IMG/VR virus record: IMGVR_UViG_3300035659_000003
Location: 32,001 to 96,000 of that record
DNA: 64,000 bases
Direction: 5' to 3' (one strand)
From: a virus
This document shows, one piece after another, positions 52,725-61,599 of the stretch (the stretch's first letter is position 1; each line of letters starts with the position of its first letter). The notes under the pieces were generated by a model. It was not told the origin of the DNA and ran no database searches. It was given only the letters and a program-made list of their open reading frames with translations. The position numbers and the translations under genes were made by a program.

Positions 52725-53426
52725 TTAGACATGCTTTGTCAACCCACAAGACCCACGGCCCCATCGATCACGGCGCAACCAATAACCGAAGCCACCGATC
52801 AAAGGTAGAATCCCTATTGATGATGCGATTCCGTCTGCTGAACCCGGAATTGAAACCTGCCTGACTCCTGTCGCACCAGCGGCGGCTCGCAACTCATCAG
52901 AAGCGACTGCTTGAATCGCGCCCGATCCGGCGGCCACCACGTCCTCGCGCTCAGTCATCCCTACTGGGGGATGCACTGTCCACCCGCCGTCAGTTCTAAC
53001 AGCGTGCCACGTCACAAGGTATTGACCCGCCACTGTCATAGTAAGAGAGGGCGCGTTGTGAAGCGCAAGACCGTCGATCTGATTTGATCCAAACAGGTTA
53101 ATGGGGTTCGCCGGATCGATGCCCCTGTAGCATAGAATGGCACCAACCTTCTTAATATTTCCGGAACCAGTCCATGTAAAAGATGCACCCTCCGTTCCGT
53201 CCGCGATTCTGAAATGACACCAGGTGGCAGCTGAGACAGTCGCCCCGCCAATAACCTCAAACTTCTCTGTCCAACCCGCAGGGATACTCAAATCCTGAGT
53301 ATTCGTGGCTCCCGAGATGAAGGCGACCAGCAGATCGCCCACAGCAACGCCTGCGGGTTTGTTAATGACAATGTTTGGAACAGAAGCAGAGATGCCAGAA
53401 GTGGAGTCGATAAACGAAAGGGTCAT
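52725..53426 (-). CDS. virion structural/adhesion-like protein
   Basis: KPAGVAVGDLLVAFI...PAGWT...YRGID...APSLT pattern. Confidence 0.6.
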   Translation of the reverse strand: MTLSFIDSTSGISASVPNIVINKPAGVAVGDLLVAFISGATNTQDLSIPAGWTEKFEVIGGATVSAATWCHFRIADGTEGASFTWTGSGNIKKVGAILCYRGIDPANPINLFGSNQIDGLALHNAPSLTMTVAGQYLVTWHAVRTDGGWTVHPPVGMTEREDVVAAGSGAIQAVASDELRAAAGATGVRQVSIPGSADGIASSIGILPLIGGFGYWLRRDRWGRGSCGLTKHV

Positions 53427-53428
53427 GT

Positions 53429-53758
53429 CTACGTAAGCTCCAGCCCGCTTATTGTAACGGTCAAACCGACGGCGTCCGCCTTGACCGAGATGAAGTCGCC
53501 CACGGTGTCTAGCGTCTGCGGCCCCTGCCAGGTACACGTCGAGTACGCTGCGACGGTCATCATATACATCAAGGCGTTATCAGTGCCTGCGGCCCCGCCG
53601 CTTGGCACAAGGTGAACATAAACGAGCTTAGCCGCAGCCGTTGTGTTGCAGATATCTATCGTCTGAACAACGGTAACCGTGGCTGCGGGCACGGTGTAGA
53701 TCGTAACATAGACAGCCGTGATCGCTGCCTGAGCCAGTTGCTTTGGTGCTAGAGCCAT
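53429..53758 (-). CDS. small structural protein, paralog A
   Basis: IYTVPAA..VVQTIDICNTTAA; similar to 54632..54970. Confidence 0.6.
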   Translation of the reverse strand: MALAPKQLAQAAITAVYVTIYTVPAATVTVVQTIDICNTTAAAKLVYVHLVPSGGAAGTDNALMYMMTVAAYSTCTWQGPQTLDTVGDFISVKADAVGLTVTISGLELT

Positions 53759-53759
53759 C

Positions 53760-54611
53760 CTACATCACTCCTGCGGCCATCCAAGCGAGTAGCGCTGCGT
53801 CGGGATCGCCGCCCGCACCACCGCCGCCTGTCCCTGGCGGGCCAGGCATCCCCATCTCACCGTCTTCGCCGTCCCATCCTGGTGGCCCCACCAAGCCTAC
53901 TCCATCAACCCCGATCACGCCGTCCGCGCCCGCAGGCCCTGGAATCGGCGGGCCAGGCTCACCCTCTTCGCCGTCCCATCCTGGTGGCCCCATTGAGCCA
54001 GGTGCTCCGTCCGCGCCAGCGGCTCCCGCTGCACCGGCGGCTCCGGCAGGCCCTGGAATTGGGGGGCCAGGCTCGCCCTCATCGCCGTCCCATCCTGGTG
54101 GCCCCATTGAGCCAGGTGCTCCGTCCGCGCCAGCGGCTCCCGCTGCACCGGCGGCTCCGGCAGGCCCTGGAATTGGGGGGCCAGGCTCGCCCTCATCGCC
54201 CTCCACACCTGGCGGCCCCATCTGGCCAGGTGGCCCTGGGGCTCCCCCACCCGCCAATGTGTCCTCGTAGAACGCACAGCGGTTATCGGTGACGCTGATG
54301 ACCTCGCTAATACCAGTCACGACCGTCGCCATCGGGATGGAGTTGAAGGGAAAGCCCGCCAAGCCTGTCGCCACTGCGCCAGTAAAGTCGACGTAGATGT
54401 AGTTAGTATTGCTAACGGCAAGTCCGATGACACCGGCGGGGATATTGTAAACATTCTGATCGATGCGCGCCCGTCCCCCCGCGTAGTTGGCGAACAGGCC
54501 GTCTCCCGCCGTGACAAGGAGAGCCTGCGCCATCTGATCAAGCTCCAGCAACGGGACGTTATTCGCCCGCGCCAGGGCCTGGAGCACGTCAAAGGGGAGA
54601 ACGTAATACAT
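53760..54611 (-). CDS. collagen-like fibre protein
   Basis: Long Gly-X-Y tract interrupted by PPIP. Confidence 0.85.
   Translation of the reverse strand: MYYVLPFDVLQALARANNVPLLELDQMAQALLVTAGDGLFANYAGGRARIDQNVYNIPAGVIGLAVSNTNYIYVDFTGAVATGLAGFPFNSIPMATVVTGISEVISVTDNRCAFYEDTLAGGGAPGPPGQMGPPGVEGDEGEPGPPIPGPAGAAGAAGAAGADGAPGSMGPPGWDGDEGEPGPPIPGPAGAAGAAGAAGADGAPGSMGPPGWDGEEGEPGPPIPGPAGADGVIGVDGVGLVGPPGWDGEDGEMGMPGPPGTGGGGAGGDPDAALLAWMAAGVM
53968..54200. repeat. perfect 114-bp tandem duplication within the collagen tract
   Basis: 53968-54081 is identical to 54082-54195. Confidence 0.85.
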
Positions 54612-54631
54612 GCGCGCCTGAAGGCTAACGG

Positions 54632-54970
54632 CTAGACTACGATAGACTCGCCCATGATGGTGATTGTCAGCGAAGCCGCCGCGCTAGCTCCACCGACCAG
54701 GAAGGTGGTGCTTATGAGCTTCAGCATCCCATACCAGTCAAACTCGCTGTAGGCTGCGATGCTCTTGTTATACCACAGCTCCGTGCCCGCCGCGTTTGTG
54801 CCTGTCGCTCCGAGGTACATCCTAAAGGTAACGGGTGCGGCTGTCTTGTTAACGATGTGGAGCTGCCTGACCACGTCGTAGACCAGCGCCGACGCGGGAA
54901 CGTAGATGTCGGTCGTGTATACGTCCGACAAGGCCGCTGGCCCGTACAGCTTCTTGATTACTCCTGCCAT
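54632..54970 (-). CDS. small structural protein, paralog B
   Basis: IYVPASA..VVRQLHIVNKTAA; RBS AGGAG. Confidence 0.6.
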   Translation of the reverse strand: MAGVIKKLYGPAALSDVYTTDIYVPASALVYDVVRQLHIVNKTAAPVTFRMYLGATGTNAAGTELWYNKSIAAYSEFDWYGMLKLISTTFLVGGASAAASLTITIMGESIVV

Positions 54971-54991
54971 GTCACTCTCCTCCGCGAGATA

Positions 54992-56782
54992 CTAGAACAG
55001 CCCGCCGCCCTGTCCGCCGCCGCCCTGTCCGCCGCCCATCCCAGGCATGCCGCCGCCCATCTTCTCCTGCTGCTTCTGCTGCTCCGCCATCGAGAGCACC
55101 TTGCCGCTGTACGTAAACTTCTCCGTGTCGGGATCGTACTCGACGCCGAAGCCCATCATGGCCATCGTCTGGGCGAACATGCCCTTCTGCTGCAGGAGGT
55201 TCAGGCGCATGAGTTCGCTCTGCTCTTCCGGTATTGCTAGCTGCAGCTTCCAGTCGGTGATGCCGAAGGCATCCATGAGCGAGGGAAAGACCTCGGTGTG
55301 GTAGCTGCGCTGTGCGCCCTCGACCACGCGGCTCATGACGACGAGCTGCTGGCTTTCGCTGTTGAGCCCCCCCACGCCCGCCACGCTGCTCATCCAGATC
55401 TGGCTGACGCCATAGAGTCCGGCAACCCGCTCGCGAATCTCGTCGCGGACAGGCAGGTAGTTCAGCTCGTCCAGGCTGTAGGCGAAACGGACGAACTCGG
55501 TCTTGCCCTGGCCGGTCTTGCTGTTGACCGCGATCCAGGGGATGTAGTGCGGGTCTTGCTGCATCTTGGCGGCCATCTCCGCCTTGCGGCTCTCCAGGCC
55601 CTGCACGTCGTCCGTCACCGTGGCAATGATACCCTGCGGCACGCGCCGCTCGTAGAAGTAGTCGTAGAGGTAGCGATCCATCCCGATAAGCGTCAGCGCC
55701 TTTTCGTAGACACTGAGGATCGGCGGGTAGCCATATAGCTCGGTGGGCGTGTACCGGCTCCAGTGAGTCACCTCGTCGGATGTCAGGTAGAGCACCTTGC
55801 TCTGCGCGCTGCCATATCCGCCCTGCAGGTACTGCTCGTTGTACTTGTACCATACGGGGAACGTCTGCAGCCCGCACTCGGGGCACTTCCCCTTCCACTC
55901 GTACTCCCAGCCCTCGCCCGCCGGAACCTCCAACAGGTTGTCGCGGTGGAGCAGGCAAATGTGGTGCCGCTGGCCAGGGATGCCTCGCTGGTCGAGGTCA
56001 AACTCCACCAGCACGGGGTCTAGACGAAAGATCTGGCGTGGCTCGCTGCGAAGCTTGTAGGAGCCGTCCTCCTGGGGGATGCCGTAATAGTCCTTGCTGA
56101 TGAGGATGAAGGCGTCGTCAACAACGTTCAGGTCGTCCTCGCACTCCCTCAGCACAACTTCCAGGCTCTGCCCGAAGTGGTTACAGCGCCGAAGGAACTT
56201 GTCAAACCGATCCCGCTGAGTCTCGTCAGGAGCATCCAGCTCGGGATGCTGGAGATGCTTCTTACCCTCCTCGTCTACCTTGACGACCGCCTCCCCGTCG
56301 TCGTCGCGGAGCGGCTCGGAGCATTTGTAGTCTATCTTCTTGGCCTCTGCCTCTGAGAATTCGCGCCTGCAAACAGGACACTTCCACTCAAAGGCGGGCT
56401 CCCATTCCAGCCCGCGCCGGAAGATCTCGTTTCGAAGGTGCGTGACCGCCGTGCGCACGTCCGCGTTGTTGTTGGCAATCACATAGAGATCAAGCAAGTA
56501 GCGCCGGTCAGCGATGTACTGGCGCTTGCCCTTAAAACCATAATCATTAATTCCTATAAGTCCCGTAGACGATTCTTGTACACTCGCAGCTTTGAGCATA
56601 AGCTGTGCTACAAAGCGCTCCGACGCCGTCCCCCCGCCGCTAGTGTTCATCGAATTCGCGATCGTGGCGAACGTGTCGTGAGCCGGATGCCCCGCAGGGA
56701 ACGGGTTTGCTCCGGCCTGCGCCGTCAGAACAAGAGGCTCCGCCTTGCGGATAATCTCACTCAGATTGCCTCTGATGCCCAT
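54992..56782 (-). CDS. portal protein
   Basis: 596 aa; DDLNVVDDAFILI, LYGYPPI, YFYERRVPQGII, RERVAGLYGVSQIW, GGLNSESQQ portal-like motifs. Confidence 0.85.
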   Translation of the reverse strand: MGIRGNLSEIIRKAEPLVLTAQAGANPFPAGHPAHDTFATIANSMNTSGGGTASERFVAQLMLKAASVQESSTGLIGINDYGFKGKRQYIADRRYLLDLYVIANNNADVRTAVTHLRNEIFRRGLEWEPAFEWKCPVCRREFSEAEAKKIDYKCSEPLRDDDGEAVVKVDEEGKKHLQHPELDAPDETQRDRFDKFLRRCNHFGQSLEVVLRECEDDLNVVDDAFILISKDYYGIPQEDGSYKLRSEPRQIFRLDPVLVEFDLDQRGIPGQRHHICLLHRDNLLEVPAGEGWEYEWKGKCPECGLQTFPVWYKYNEQYLQGGYGSAQSKVLYLTSDEVTHWSRYTPTELYGYPPILSVYEKALTLIGMDRYLYDYFYERRVPQGIIATVTDDVQGLESRKAEMAAKMQQDPHYIPWIAVNSKTGQGKTEFVRFAYSLDELNYLPVRDEIRERVAGLYGVSQIWMSSVAGVGGLNSESQQLVVMSRVVEGAQRSYHTEVFPSLMDAFGITDWKLQLAIPEEQSELMRLNLLQQKGMFAQTMAMMGFGVEYDPDTEKFTYSGKVLSMAEQQKQQEKMGGGMPGMGGGQGGGGQGGGLF

Positions 56783-57176
56783 GTCGCTTCCTCAACTCTT
56801 GATAGCCCGCCGCCTGCGCGATCTTAGCGAAAGGAGGCAGGTGCCGTCCGCGCGTGCCTATAGGGAATATGGCGAAGATCTCCGCCTCGTGCTGTTTCTC
56901 GCCCCGCAGGTAGGGCAGCAACTGGCAGGCGACGTCCTGCGCTGGTTTGCCACAAATTTTCCACACCCACGCATCCCGCCAATGGGCCTTACCGTTATAC
57001 CTCTTGAGCGAAGTGACGCTCCCGCCGAACGGCAGAAACGCGTCGACTAGCGTGCGGTCGGTGTTGCCTATCTGCATACTGAGCGAGAACTGCCGCCTCG
57101 TAGAGTTGATTCCACAGTAGAAGCACCCCTCGCCCTCAAATAGGCCCGCCAACCACGCCAAGTCAGTCGCAGTCAC
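56757..57176 (-). CDS. free-standing LAGLIDADG homing endonuclease
   Basis: DLAWLAGLFEGEG..IGNTD..FGG..LLPYL..K; GTG start coupled to the GroES stop. Confidence 0.85.
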   Translation of the reverse strand: MTATDLAWLAGLFEGEGCFYCGINSTRRQFSLSMQIGNTDRTLVDAFLPFGGSVTSLKRYNGKAHWRDAWVWKICGKPAQDVACQLLPYLRGEKQHEAEIFAIFPIGTRGRHLPPFAKIAQAAGYQELRKRHGHQRQSE

Positions 57177-57493
57177 TAATCCTCCAGGCGCGCCCTGATG
57201 AACGTCTCGTCTATGAGCAAACACGGGGCCTCTTTGCCCTCCGAGTCCACGAACGTCCAGCGCCCGCCCATCCACTCCTCGAACAGCACCGTGTCACCCA
57301 CGTAGATCTCCTCGTCGACGCGCTCCCCTACCGCCAGAACCTTGCCGATGGTGGTGTTCTTAGGCTGAAGCAGAAGAATCCCCTCCGGTGCAGGCCGATC
57401 CCACACCTCCGCGAGAACTACCCAGTGCCCCCGCAGGGTCATCTCCTCAAAGCTAACGCCCGAAGACGTGTATCCGCTGAGCTTGCTACTCAT
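57176..57493 (-). CDS. groES: co-chaperonin GroES-like protein
   Basis: LRGHWVV..GILL..GKVLAVG..VGDTVLFEEWMG..LLIDE..I.A; RBS AAGGAGG. Confidence 0.8.
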   Translation of the reverse strand: MSSKLSGYTSSGVSFEEMTLRGHWVVLAEVWDRPAPEGILLLQPKNTTIGKVLAVGERVDEEIYVGDTVLFEEWMGGRWTFVDSEGKEAPCLLIDETFIRARLED

Positions 57494-58247
57494 CCGATTG
57501 CCTCCTTCTGAGTGCATCCTGCCACTGACGCGCCACCTCGTCCAGGTCTTCTCCCGTTTCCGGTTTCGGCTGTGGCTGCTGTGCCTCGCGCAGCGTGGTG
57601 CGGTAATCCAAAAAGGCCTGAGCCTCCCGCTCAGCCCGTTGTGGCGAGTAGCCAAAAGTCCGAAGCCGGTCGATCAGTGCATCCTTATCCAGGTCAAACC
57701 AGGAGGAGTCAAGGCTCATGCGTGCGCCGCGACGTCCGCGCCCCTCCGTGATCAGCGCAGGACGCCCAGGAGTCTGGAGAAGACCGCCCTTTGCCATTTA
57801 CTCCTCCGGCGGTGTCGGAGCCCGTTCCGGCAGCAAGCCGCGAGCCAGCAGCTCCAGTCGAACGTTAACACGCACAGGATTATCCGGTGGCTCCATGTCT
57901 GACGTAAGGCGCTCGCCGTTCAGTTCGAGATGCCCCGTGCCTAGCTTGGCGCTGATCTCAAACGGCAAGGTCTCCAGCGTCTCGTCTAGCGTGACTGGCA
58001 ACTCGTAGCGGTTGCCCGCAGCGGTGACCCATTCTAGCAGTATCTCCATCTAGCGATCCGCCTCTCGGCGCAGGCCCTCTACGGCATCATCGAGCTGCCT
58101 CAGTCCACGCTCGCGCTCCTCCTCGGACTTGCCCTGCCGCTCCATCCAGCGGTTAAACTGCCCACGACGGGAGTCCAACCGCTCGGCCCGCTCTCGCGCC
58201 TCGTGCCGCCGCTCAGCATCCTCTGGTCTCGATCTTGGCATAGTCAC
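57486..58247 (-). other. three short hypothetical genes
   Basis: ORFs 57486-57797, 57798-58049 and 58050-58247, abutting; TATAAT at about 58267-58272 upstream. Confidence 0.5.
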
Positions 58248-58305
58248 AGTCTCCTACTACAGGGAATTATACTGTAAGCGGGGCCGTTTGCGAACCCGTA
58301 GGATA

Positions 58306-58382
58306 TGGTGAGGACGAGAGGCCTCGAACCTCTAACCGCCAGATTAAGAATCTGGTGCTCTGCCCACTTGAGCTACGTCCCC
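58306..58382 (-). tRNA. tRNA-Lys(CUU)
   Basis: Anticodon arm CCAGA-TTCTTAA-TCTGG; TAGCTCA D-arm; TTCGA; CCA. Confidence 0.92.
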
Positions 58383-58385
58383 ATA

Positions 58386-58461
58386 TGGAGCTAGCGAAAG
58401 GAATCGAACCCTCAACCTTGCCGTTACGACGGGCCTGCTCTACCTGTTGAGCTACGCCAGC
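58386..58461 (-). tRNA. tRNA-Thr(CGU), imperfect anticodon stem
   Basis: GCTGGCG acceptor; loop GT-CGT-AA; TTCGAT; CCA. Confidence 0.8.
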
Positions 58462-58464
58462 AAA

Positions 58465-58538
58465 TGGCTCCTCGGGAGTGACTCGAACACCCGTCTTTGC
58501 GTCCAGGGCGCAACGGCCTACCTCTAGCCGACCGAGGA
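58465..58538 (-). tRNA. tRNA-Gln(CUG), with C33
   Basis: U1-A72, G73; anticodon arm TTGCG-CCCTGGA-CGCAA; CCA. Confidence 0.85.
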
Positions 58539-58539
58539 A

Positions 58540-58617
58540 TGGTGCGGTAGAAAGGATTCGAACCTCCAGCCACCTGTTCTACAGACAGGCCCAACTCACC
58601 GCCGTTGGAGCTACCGC
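58540..58617 (-). tRNA. tRNA-Tyr(GUA), short variable loop
   Basis: Acceptor GCGGTAG/CTACCGC; anticodon arm CCTGT-CTGTAGA-ACAGG; TTCGAAT; ACCA. Confidence 0.82.
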
Positions 58618-58629
58618 ACAAACACAACT

Positions 58630-58953
58630 TTAGTCACTCGTCCCCTGCTTGTCAAGTGCACGGGGCGAGGATTTCCCCGTCCATCGGATTTGACGCCGCC
58701 CCTTGCCCGCCGTAGGGCCGCTCGTGACGACGTGTTCGATATGGCCCCAGGAGATATGCTTCCATATCCGCTCGTGCACAAAGTACAGCGTGACGCTCAG
58801 GGGCATATAGGCCAGCGTCATCATAAACGACGTTGAGACGTCGCCCGTGAACGCAAGCCCAATGACCATAATCATCACCAGGCCGCGAAGCTCCCACGTC
58901 AGGCCCTTAGTAAGGCTCCGCAGGCGGCTACTCTCGAGGATTACCTTCGTCAT
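58630..58953 (-). CDS. DUF2061-like membrane protein
   Basis: ESSRLRSLTKGLTW...LYFVHERIWKHISWG signature. Confidence 0.8.
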   Translation of the reverse strand: MTKVILESSRLRSLTKGLTWELRGLVMIMVIGLAFTGDVSTSFMMTLAYMPLSVTLYFVHERIWKHISWGHIEHVVTSGPTAGKGRRQIRWTGKSSPRALDKQGTSD

Positions 58954-59896
58954 TGCGGCTGTCCCCTAGCGGAATTATGGTGCCGCTAAAGTCTAGGTCT
59001 TTCGCGAGCATTGCGCCCTGATCCGCAGCGCCTGCTGCCAGCACTGCGGCAGGATTGCGCCAGACGACTTCGGTGCGCGGAGCATTCGCCTTCCCCGCGC
59101 CCTTGCCCTGGAGATTGCTCACCCGCGTGCGCCCCGCCACCATGCAGGAGGTCTCGAACTCGGTGCGCGTCCACGCCCCAGGAGATTCCTCCAGAGTCCG
59201 GTACAGGTCGTTGTCGTATCCGCTCAGCATCACCATGCCTGGGAAGTTGTTGAGTGCGACAAGCAGGTCTTCGTGATCCTCCCGCGTCAACTCGTGCTCG
59301 TACCCGCCCGCCTTGCGCGTCTCCGGAAGGTACGGTGGGTCGCAGTAGATCAGGGTTGTCGGCAGATTGTAGATCTCAAGGCAGCGCCGCCAGTCCACGT
59401 TCTCGATCTGGACGTGCTGGAGACGGCGATGGACGGCTGGCAGCAGCCCCTGTGCGCTGACCCAGTTACCTGCGATCGAAGCCCCTGCGCCGCTGACGCT
59501 AAAGCCCCAACTATTCCCGTAGAAGTTCCCGCCGAACGACTGCCGTGCCAGGATGAACCACTTCCGCGCACGCTCCACAGGGTCTTCCTCGGCCATCCAC
59601 GCCCGCGCCTCGATGTGCTCCTGGCGGCTGTAGGGCGTCAGACTTACAACATCGCGGAACCGTGCAAAGGTCTCAGGATCGCGCAGCACCCTGAAGAAGT
59701 TCACTAGCCCCTGGTCGAGGTCATTGTAGACCTCCAGGGATGAGGGCTTCTTGGCAAAGAGCAGCGACGCGCCGCCGCCGAAGACCTCCACATACTCCAG
59801 ATGCTTCAGCGGCATGAGTTTGAGCAGATTCGCTACCATCATACCCTTACCCCCTAGCCAAGTGATGGGTGAACGGGAAGACGAGCGCCACGGCAT
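58928..59896 (-). CDS. dam: DNA adenine methyltransferase (D12/Dam class)
   Basis: WLGGK, YVEVFGGGAS, EVYNDL, IYCDPPY, MLSGY; target site unknown. Confidence 0.9.
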   Translation of the reverse strand: MPWRSSSRSPITWLGGKGMMVANLLKLMPLKHLEYVEVFGGGASLLFAKKPSSLEVYNDLDQGLVNFFRVLRDPETFARFRDVVSLTPYSRQEHIEARAWMAEEDPVERARKWFILARQSFGGNFYGNSWGFSVSGAGASIAGNWVSAQGLLPAVHRRLQHVQIENVDWRRCLEIYNLPTTLIYCDPPYLPETRKAGGYEHELTREDHEDLLVALNNFPGMVMLSGYDNDLYRTLEESPGAWTRTEFETSCMVAGRTRVSNLQGKGAGKANAPRTEVVWRNPAAVLAAGAADQGAMLAKDLDFSGTIIPLGDSRNDEGNPRE

Positions 59897-59902
59897 AGGT
59901 CA

Positions 59903-59908
59903 ATTATA
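59903..59908 (-). promoter_or_regulatory. -10 box giving a probable leaderless transcript
   Basis: TATAAT lies 6 nt before the methylase ATG; no RBS. Confidence 0.55.
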
Positions 59909-60080
59909 CTCCCTGGCCAGTTGGTTTTCCGCCGGTTTCGGAAAGGACTTATGAGGAGCCCCGATGCCCCCCAACGAACTGGATCGCGAACAGGATCAGC
60001 AGGCCCAGCGCCCAGTCCGGCCCGAGTGCGCCCGCCACCATCAAGGAGGCAATCACAAGTCCGGCGATCACCGTCACGGC

Positions 60081-60800
60081 CTATGCCTTCCTCGGCTTGC
60101 GGGTGGGCGGTGGCGGAGTGTCGAGCATATTCGGCGGCTCAGGGCTGTCAGGCTCGTCCCACTTGGGAATACTAGTGGTGTAGCCCTGTTCGGGCAGGTT
60201 CATGTCCGGCTCAGGGTCGGTGTCAGGCACGTCCACCGGCGCGTCCGGCGTCGTTTCCGGCTCCCAGCGCTCGGTGTAGCTGCCGTCGGGCTGGATGTAG
60301 AAGCTGCTGCCGTCCTCGAAGAAGTAGAGTGCGTAGCGGCCAGGGACGCTCCCCCCCTCGGCTGCGTGCCCATGTTGCCGCTCCAGCAGGGCGAGGGTGT
60401 TGATCTCCGGCGTGTTCGGGGGTGGCACCGGCGGTGCGTTCGGGTCAAACTCGCCGCCCACAGACGGTCGCAGGTCAGGCAGCTCGACGTGAGCGCTGTC
60501 CTCGCTGTCCGGCACCACGACTTCCGGTTCCGGCTTGCCGTAGAGCCGCGCAAGGGCGTCGTCCAGCATGTCGCTGGTCAGCTCTTCCCCGAGTGTGCCT
60601 GGTACGAGGTCGGAACCAGAGTCAGCGAACTTGTCCTTCTCTGACTCCGCCAGCCCGTTGGCGATCTTGACCAGGATAGGCCCGTGGTATTCCGGCGTCT
60701 CACATGCTGCCTTCAGGTCAACGGCCTCCGACAACTCCAGGTCGATGGAGACCGAATCTACGTATCGCGTTATCCTCATATGTCCTCCTTCACTCTTCAA
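60081..60800 (-). CDS. acidic Pro-rich hypothetical protein
   Basis: Long ORF; RBS AAGGAGG favours a start at MRITRY (about 60779). Confidence 0.6.
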   Translation of the reverse strand: MKSEGGHMRITRYVDSVSIDLELSEAVDLKAACETPEYHGPILVKIANGLAESEKDKFADSGSDLVPGTLGEELTSDMLDDALARLYGKPEPEVVVPDSEDSAHVELPDLRPSVGGEFDPNAPPVPPPNTPEINTLALLERQHGHAAEGGSVPGRYALYFFEDGSSFYIQPDGSYTERWEPETTPDAPVDVPDTDPEPDMNLPEQGYTTSIPKWDEPDSPEPPNMLDTPPPPTRKPRKA

Positions 60801-60801
60801 A

Positions 60802-60878
60802 TGGAAGCGGGGGGCGGACTCGAACCGCCGATCTCTTGCTTATGAGGCAAGCGAGATGGGCCGCTTCTCTACCCCGCA
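60802..60878 (-). tRNA. tRNA-Met(CAU), initiator-like
   Basis: Unpaired 1:72 (U:U), GCGGGG acceptor, TAGAG D-arm start; anticodon arm CTTGC-CTCATAA-GCAAG; CCA. Confidence 0.85.
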
Positions 60879-60978
60879 CTAGTGGCCTGGTATGGGGTAT
60901 CCTCGCTCGACGCTTTCCACACTGCTGCGTCCGGTGCAGGCGTTTTGCACCCTAGCCGTGAAAAACCGCAGCACGGGC

Positions 60979-61194
60979 TCATACCAGACCCGTGTTATCG
61001 TTGTCCTCGACGCGCCCGTGTCGAATGATGTGAGGCTTGGTGTCTACGATCAGCCTAGTCTTAGCGTGGGGCTGGTAGGAAAGGTCAAGATTCACGACCT
61101 CCTGCTCCCCGCGCTCGATGGCGTCCGCATAGTGCCGAAGAACCTCTACGGCTCTCCGTCGAAGACTCTCGTAGTCTTCCACAAAAACCGACAT
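60979..61194 (-). CDS. hypothetical protein
   Basis: 71 aa; RBS AAGGAG. Confidence 0.55.
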   Translation of the reverse strand: MSVFVEDYESLRRRAVEVLRHYADAIERGEQEVVNLDLSYQPHAKTRLIVDTKPHIIRHGRVEDNDNTGLV

Positions 61195-61334
61195 TGGCGC
61201 TCCTTTTGCTAGGCGGCGGGTTATCTCTGCCTAGCCTTATGAGGTGCTGGAGATTTCGCCCGCTCCACAGGTTCCCGACTAGGGAAGAATCCTGCTCAGC
61301 GGCCTCGGACACCTCACCGCCGCCCGTATATTAT

Positions 61335-61482
61335 GCCTCCGGCCCCCACACTCTACCGTTGGCGGGCGGCCCTCCTGCTCGTTGCGCGCGCCAGGGCCGC
61401 GTCCCACTCCCAGATGTCAGCCTGAGCTACCAAACATCCCCCTGGGTATTCGCCAGGGTTAAGCCGTCTGACTCACGGCCTA
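61335..61482 (-). ncRNA. candidate structured non-coding RNA/leader
   Basis: Four consecutive hairpins directly after GTGGTATACT; no minus-strand ORF. Confidence 0.35.
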
Positions 61483-61599
61483 CCTAGTATACCACGCTAG
61501 GGCTCAAGTATTCAGGCGTACTTGCAGGCAAACAGGAAGAAGATGCCAAAGTGGAATTTCCAGATTTCGATCTGGAACCCTATCCTAATGCCGCCCTCG

